A DNA stretch of 64,000 bases from Mytilus californianus (Eukaryota): contig NW_026262679.1 in the NCBI RefSeq assembly GCF_021869535.1, positions 41,416,001-41,480,000 of the forward strand, read 5' to 3'. The position numbers were made by a program, and so were the translations under genes. Each line of letters begins with the position of its first letter. Position 1 is the first letter of the stretch. Shown in pieces: positions 59,741 to 64,000 of this stretch. The notes under the pieces are model-generated. The model ran no database searches. It saw only the letters and a list, made by a program, of their open reading frames with translations, and was not told the DNA's origin.

Positions 59741-62700
59741 TAGAATAATGATAAAAATGAAATTACAAAGGAATAGAATATAATTTTGTTATTCCTGCTT
59801 TCATAATTCTTAAAAGAAAATATGAATTCAGAATAATATGAAAAAAGGATAAAAAAGAGTATGTTAAATAATATAATAACTACTTTATAGGCTCAAATTA
59901 TGATATATTTCTGAGAAAATATTCGATTAATATGTCGCTTGGGTCATGGCGGCCCTGACGACTCGTGGATGGTCTATGGGGTTTTTTTTGTAGGGAAAGG
60001 GCTAGGTCAAGTAGTATTGTCGCTAAAAGTTACAAGCATAAGGAGGTAATACAAGGGTGCTCATTTTTCAAAAATCCCGCTTTTTTTGTAATTTTCCCCA
60101 CTTCCCACTTGTTTGCCTTCTTTTCCCCCAGATCCGTCTTTTTCAGTTTACCCCTATATCCCACATCCCCACTTTTTTACCCCGTGTATTCAACACCCTA
60201 AAAGTGTGTCACCCCCTCAAGCATGTAAACACATCGCGTAAATACATTTTTTGGTAAATTCGACAATAAATGCTCAGGATGGGGTAACAATTAGACCCCA
60301 AAAAAAAAATTTTCTTCCGAGAATTACAGTGTGCCATTTTTAATAATTAATCATCACAAAATGCCTAAAACAAACGATTTATTTGTTACAATGAGGTCCT
60401 GCGTCATTAATTTGTTATTTTCTTATTTAATAAGGTTATTATACGTGAATGTGAAAAGTGTCTTACCCTAAAAACAATTCAATTCACAAACAGAACTATT
60501 ATCAGATCAGTTTTCTTTGTAGAAAAATTAAGAATAAACCTAGAAATATAAAAACGAAATCCTTCTATTGTTAACAAATGTAGTGATCAGACGCACAACG
60601 TGTATCAGAGAAAGAATGAAGGAAACAATTTCTAACACGAATACAATAGCAAACAGAAAAAAAGTCTAATTCAGTCTTACATCAACTTATTAATTATTTA
60701 GCGAAGGTAGCTTTAAAGTAGAGAACTCGTTAACACTTGGGTTCCCTCAACAAAATATAACTAAACTTACATCTGTGGGAAAGAAAACTATATACTTCTC
60801 AAAAAACTTCCACTTGGAAAAGCAAAAATTGAAATGAGAACATCCTCACTATGTATGATACCAACGACAAACACTAGACAGCAATATCAGCCTTTAATTA
60901 CCTTAGTATTAATTTATTTAATTTATTTATCATAACAAGACTAAATAAAGCGGTATAATTATATCAGGCTTGTTCATTGTATGTGACATTCATGCTTAAG
61001 GAAGAAAAAAACACAACAGATAGTGTAATTTCAGGAGCGAAGGCAAGGATCTCCAATTTCTTCGTTTCCCACTGTGTCTTAACATCAGCAATGAATGGCT
61101 GTTAAATATTTTATTTCTTTCATTAGATTCTCTGTGTGTTGATGACAAAATCTCCCGCCATTTTCATTATAAGATTGATATCCGGATTGGTGAGTCCGTA
61201 CAATCACTTTCCCAAGAAAAGGATAGCGATTACAACAGGGGGTCGACGTACTGAACAAATATATTATACTAAAATTCCGTTTTCTTATAAACCCCCAATG
61301 AGTGAAAACGATGATTAAATAAAACACACGGCAGTACATGTTTTATGTGACTGCAAATTGGAGGGGCGTACAGTTAAATGGTTCATTAGTGAAACAAAAT
61401 TGCTTAAATGAATAAAGATATTGGACTTAAATTTACTTTTTACGACCAAAATGATCCACTGATTGCATACTTAAGCTTAGATAAAGTATCCTATAGTATC
61501 TTTCCTATACTTTGGAATCAACTGTGATTATACATGAACATGATGAAAGACTAATTATAGTTTTCTAAAAAAATCAACATTGCTAATATAAACCCTGTAT
61601 ACCAACAAGTTATTATTTTTGTCCACCTTTTAATACAAAGTTTATCTTAGTTTTCGAATAAAAAAAACTTTAATAATTTATAGTTTATTATTTACATTTA
61701 CTAATTTTCTAGCAAAAAGCGGATGAACTATACGTTATTAACTAGCATTTACATCGAGAAATCACAAAAATATCACAAAGCGTAATTTAGACTAAATAAA
61801 AACCGTGAGTAATTTACATTCCACATTTATACATATATATATATATATATATATATAATCCGCAAATTTTTCGTGATCTGAAAATATTATTGGTTATTCA
61901 TGATAGTTCTATGATCTGCCGAGATCCAATAACTTTATTAAGATAAAGTACTCCGTTTACCAACTGGAAACATTCTGAAGGTAAGTGTATTATAAGAGTA
62001 ATGGATTTAACCGATTTAAAAAGATATATTTCATATTCTATAGTAAAGAAACTTTTCTTACAAATGTGTAATGTGACACTAATTAGATCCATTAGCACGT
62101 ACAATCTAGGAGGTTATGTTAGATATAACCTCTTTGGTACACATTTTGTATAGTACCAGAGTATGGTCACGTATACGATGGAATTATTATATATATTCTT
62201 TTCTTATTTTTGTCGGTAGTTTTTTCCGAAATTTCTTTTTTGGTTTCTTGTTGGAAATTAAGTACTTTGAAATTATCTAGAGCTTTGGAAATTATCTTAA
62301 ACGTCTCAGAAATAAATCATGAGATTTCTGGTCTCGAAAATTTTTATTCTAAATTTACTTGAGAAGTAATCAACACAGAATGCAATATTTATCAGCAAAC
62401 TGGAACGATGTATAGTTGGCTACCAAAAAGAAAAAAAGGCGGAGATGAAAAATGATTTAAAGCAGAATAAATAGGGACACGGAAAGATTTTTAAATTGTT
62501 TCCCATTTCTAATCTCTATAGACCCATTGATCAACAGAATTTAAAAATATGGTAATACCTGGATTTCTCTCATCCGGCATTCAGCTCATACTAAAAAGGG
62601 GCGTCCGTTTGGCTGAGTAGGATGTATAAATACACAGTCACGTCTTACCAGAAAGGGACGTTTTATCTGATGCCTTATGGAAATGGATGGATGCTAAATA

Positions 62701-63384
62701 CCCTTGAAACAATTCTTTGATTATTGTTGCTCAATGTTTATTTCTGTGTAGTGTATTGTGGATTGCAGTTTGCCTTTTAATCGGTTTTCTTTAAGCTATA
62801 GTGTTGTCTTTTTTTGAATTCCGCTTGGTGTCATCTCAATCCTTTTTTTTCAGAGAGCTTTATTATAAAAATTTACCAATGAAACGTGAATTTACCTGCA
62901 GATGAAACAGTTTTCTTTGTGGATAAATACCCAAATTATTCCCTTCTGTGTAATGAGCGTCAAAATTAACCTCTTTCATGTATTTAGTAATTTGCAAATT
63001 TTATATGTACAAGTAAATTGCAGTTTTGTGTCGATAATAACTACGCCACTAGGTGCACGTTAACTCACAGGAATGTGTTTGGAGAACGTATTAATCTGTG
63101 CACGTTAAACAACCCGAATAACAGCTCTTTGGAACACAGCAAACTTGTCTTCAGTACTCAATGTAGTCGTTAAAAAGATTCGCCTAACATTTATACTGGT
63201 CAATAAAAAGGGAGCAGGCATCCGTGTTAATTAAACGTTCATGATAAAAAAAATCAAGATTACAATATCTGTTAAAAACTCAATTACGACCCAGGGAAAA
63301 TAGAAATTGTCTATTTCCGTGTTTTTTTTCTGTAAAAGAGAGATTTTTAATTATTTAATTTAAACTTAATAATTCTTCTAAGAT

Positions 63385-63580
63385 TCTGCTCCACATGTGG
63401 CACCCGTCGTGTTGCTCATGTTAGTACAAATCCGGTAATAAGTCTAATTCGGTAGGTCACATTCGGGGAAAGGGGAAAGGGGGACGGGATTGTAGTTCGG
63501 GCAATTGGAACATATCCGCTATCATCTGTGAAACGGATATTCCTTAACGGTCAACCAACTCGTGATGGCGTCCGTAAACA
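63385..63580 (-). mobile_element. 3' fragment of an RT-encoding retroelement (or derived short element)
   Basis: Minus-strand translation VYGRHHELVDR*GISVSQMIADMF resembles the FYGRHHDLVDRYGISVSQM C-terminus I recall from bivalve RT elements; disabled by a TAA. Confidence 0.5.
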
Positions 63581-64000
63581 TTTTATTTACGAAGGGAATA
63601 TTGTATGAAAAAGAAAAAAATCAAGGGATCTAATTGAGATTTCATTGTCATGCAAAATGGAAGTAAAAGGAAGCTTAATTATTTAGATACAAAACATTGG
63701 ACCTTGGGTTTAAAGGGTTAACTGCACGTGTAGATCATTTCATATTCTATATAGATATAGACAAAGTAACAGTTATAATCAATGTGCAACCTAAATGTTA
63801 AGCGAACAACGATCAGTATGCAACCCATAAAATTTGATGAGATATGATATTGCATTAGTATAAGAATAAGGAAATGATATGAATGCCAATGAGACAACTA
63901 TGCACCAGAGTTCAAATGACGAAAATGTTAGTTGTTTCAAAGGCTACATGGGTGTTAATAAGTTGTATTAAGTTAACACTGTGAGGTCTCTGTAATATTT

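Overview
AT-rich, intron-containing metazoan genomic DNA. The repeat families resemble those I associate with bivalve molluscs (probably Mytilus); this is inference, not a database result. Four protein-coding genes can be assembled with GT-AG junctions and consistent phases. (1) Bloom syndrome RecQ helicase (BLM), minus strand, 11 coding exons in the window (12930 to 587, 675 codons), running off the left edge just after Walker A. (2) RPL36, plus strand, divergent from BLM, CDS join(19706..19807,24696..24830,25795..25881), 107 aa, with a 5' TOP/TCT-type start near 18653. (3) A single-coding-exon DUF829/TMEM53-family gene, minus, 40546 to 39632, 304 aa. (4) Orthopedia (Otp), minus, join(57812..57749,56437..56190,51166..50621), 285 aa, with paired-class homeodomain and OAR motif. 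About 19.3-37.5 kb is dominated by nested and chained non-autonomous Helentron-type (HINE/DINE-1/pearl-like) elements carrying internal satellite arrays. The window also holds a 785-bp near-perfect foldback element with a 9-bp TSD, a tRNA-headed V-domain SINE, several MITEs, minisatellites and two RT-element fragments. Most ORFs in the supplied track are repeat or low-complexity artefacts. No prokaryotic-type system, CRISPR array, rRNA or bona fide tRNA is supported.
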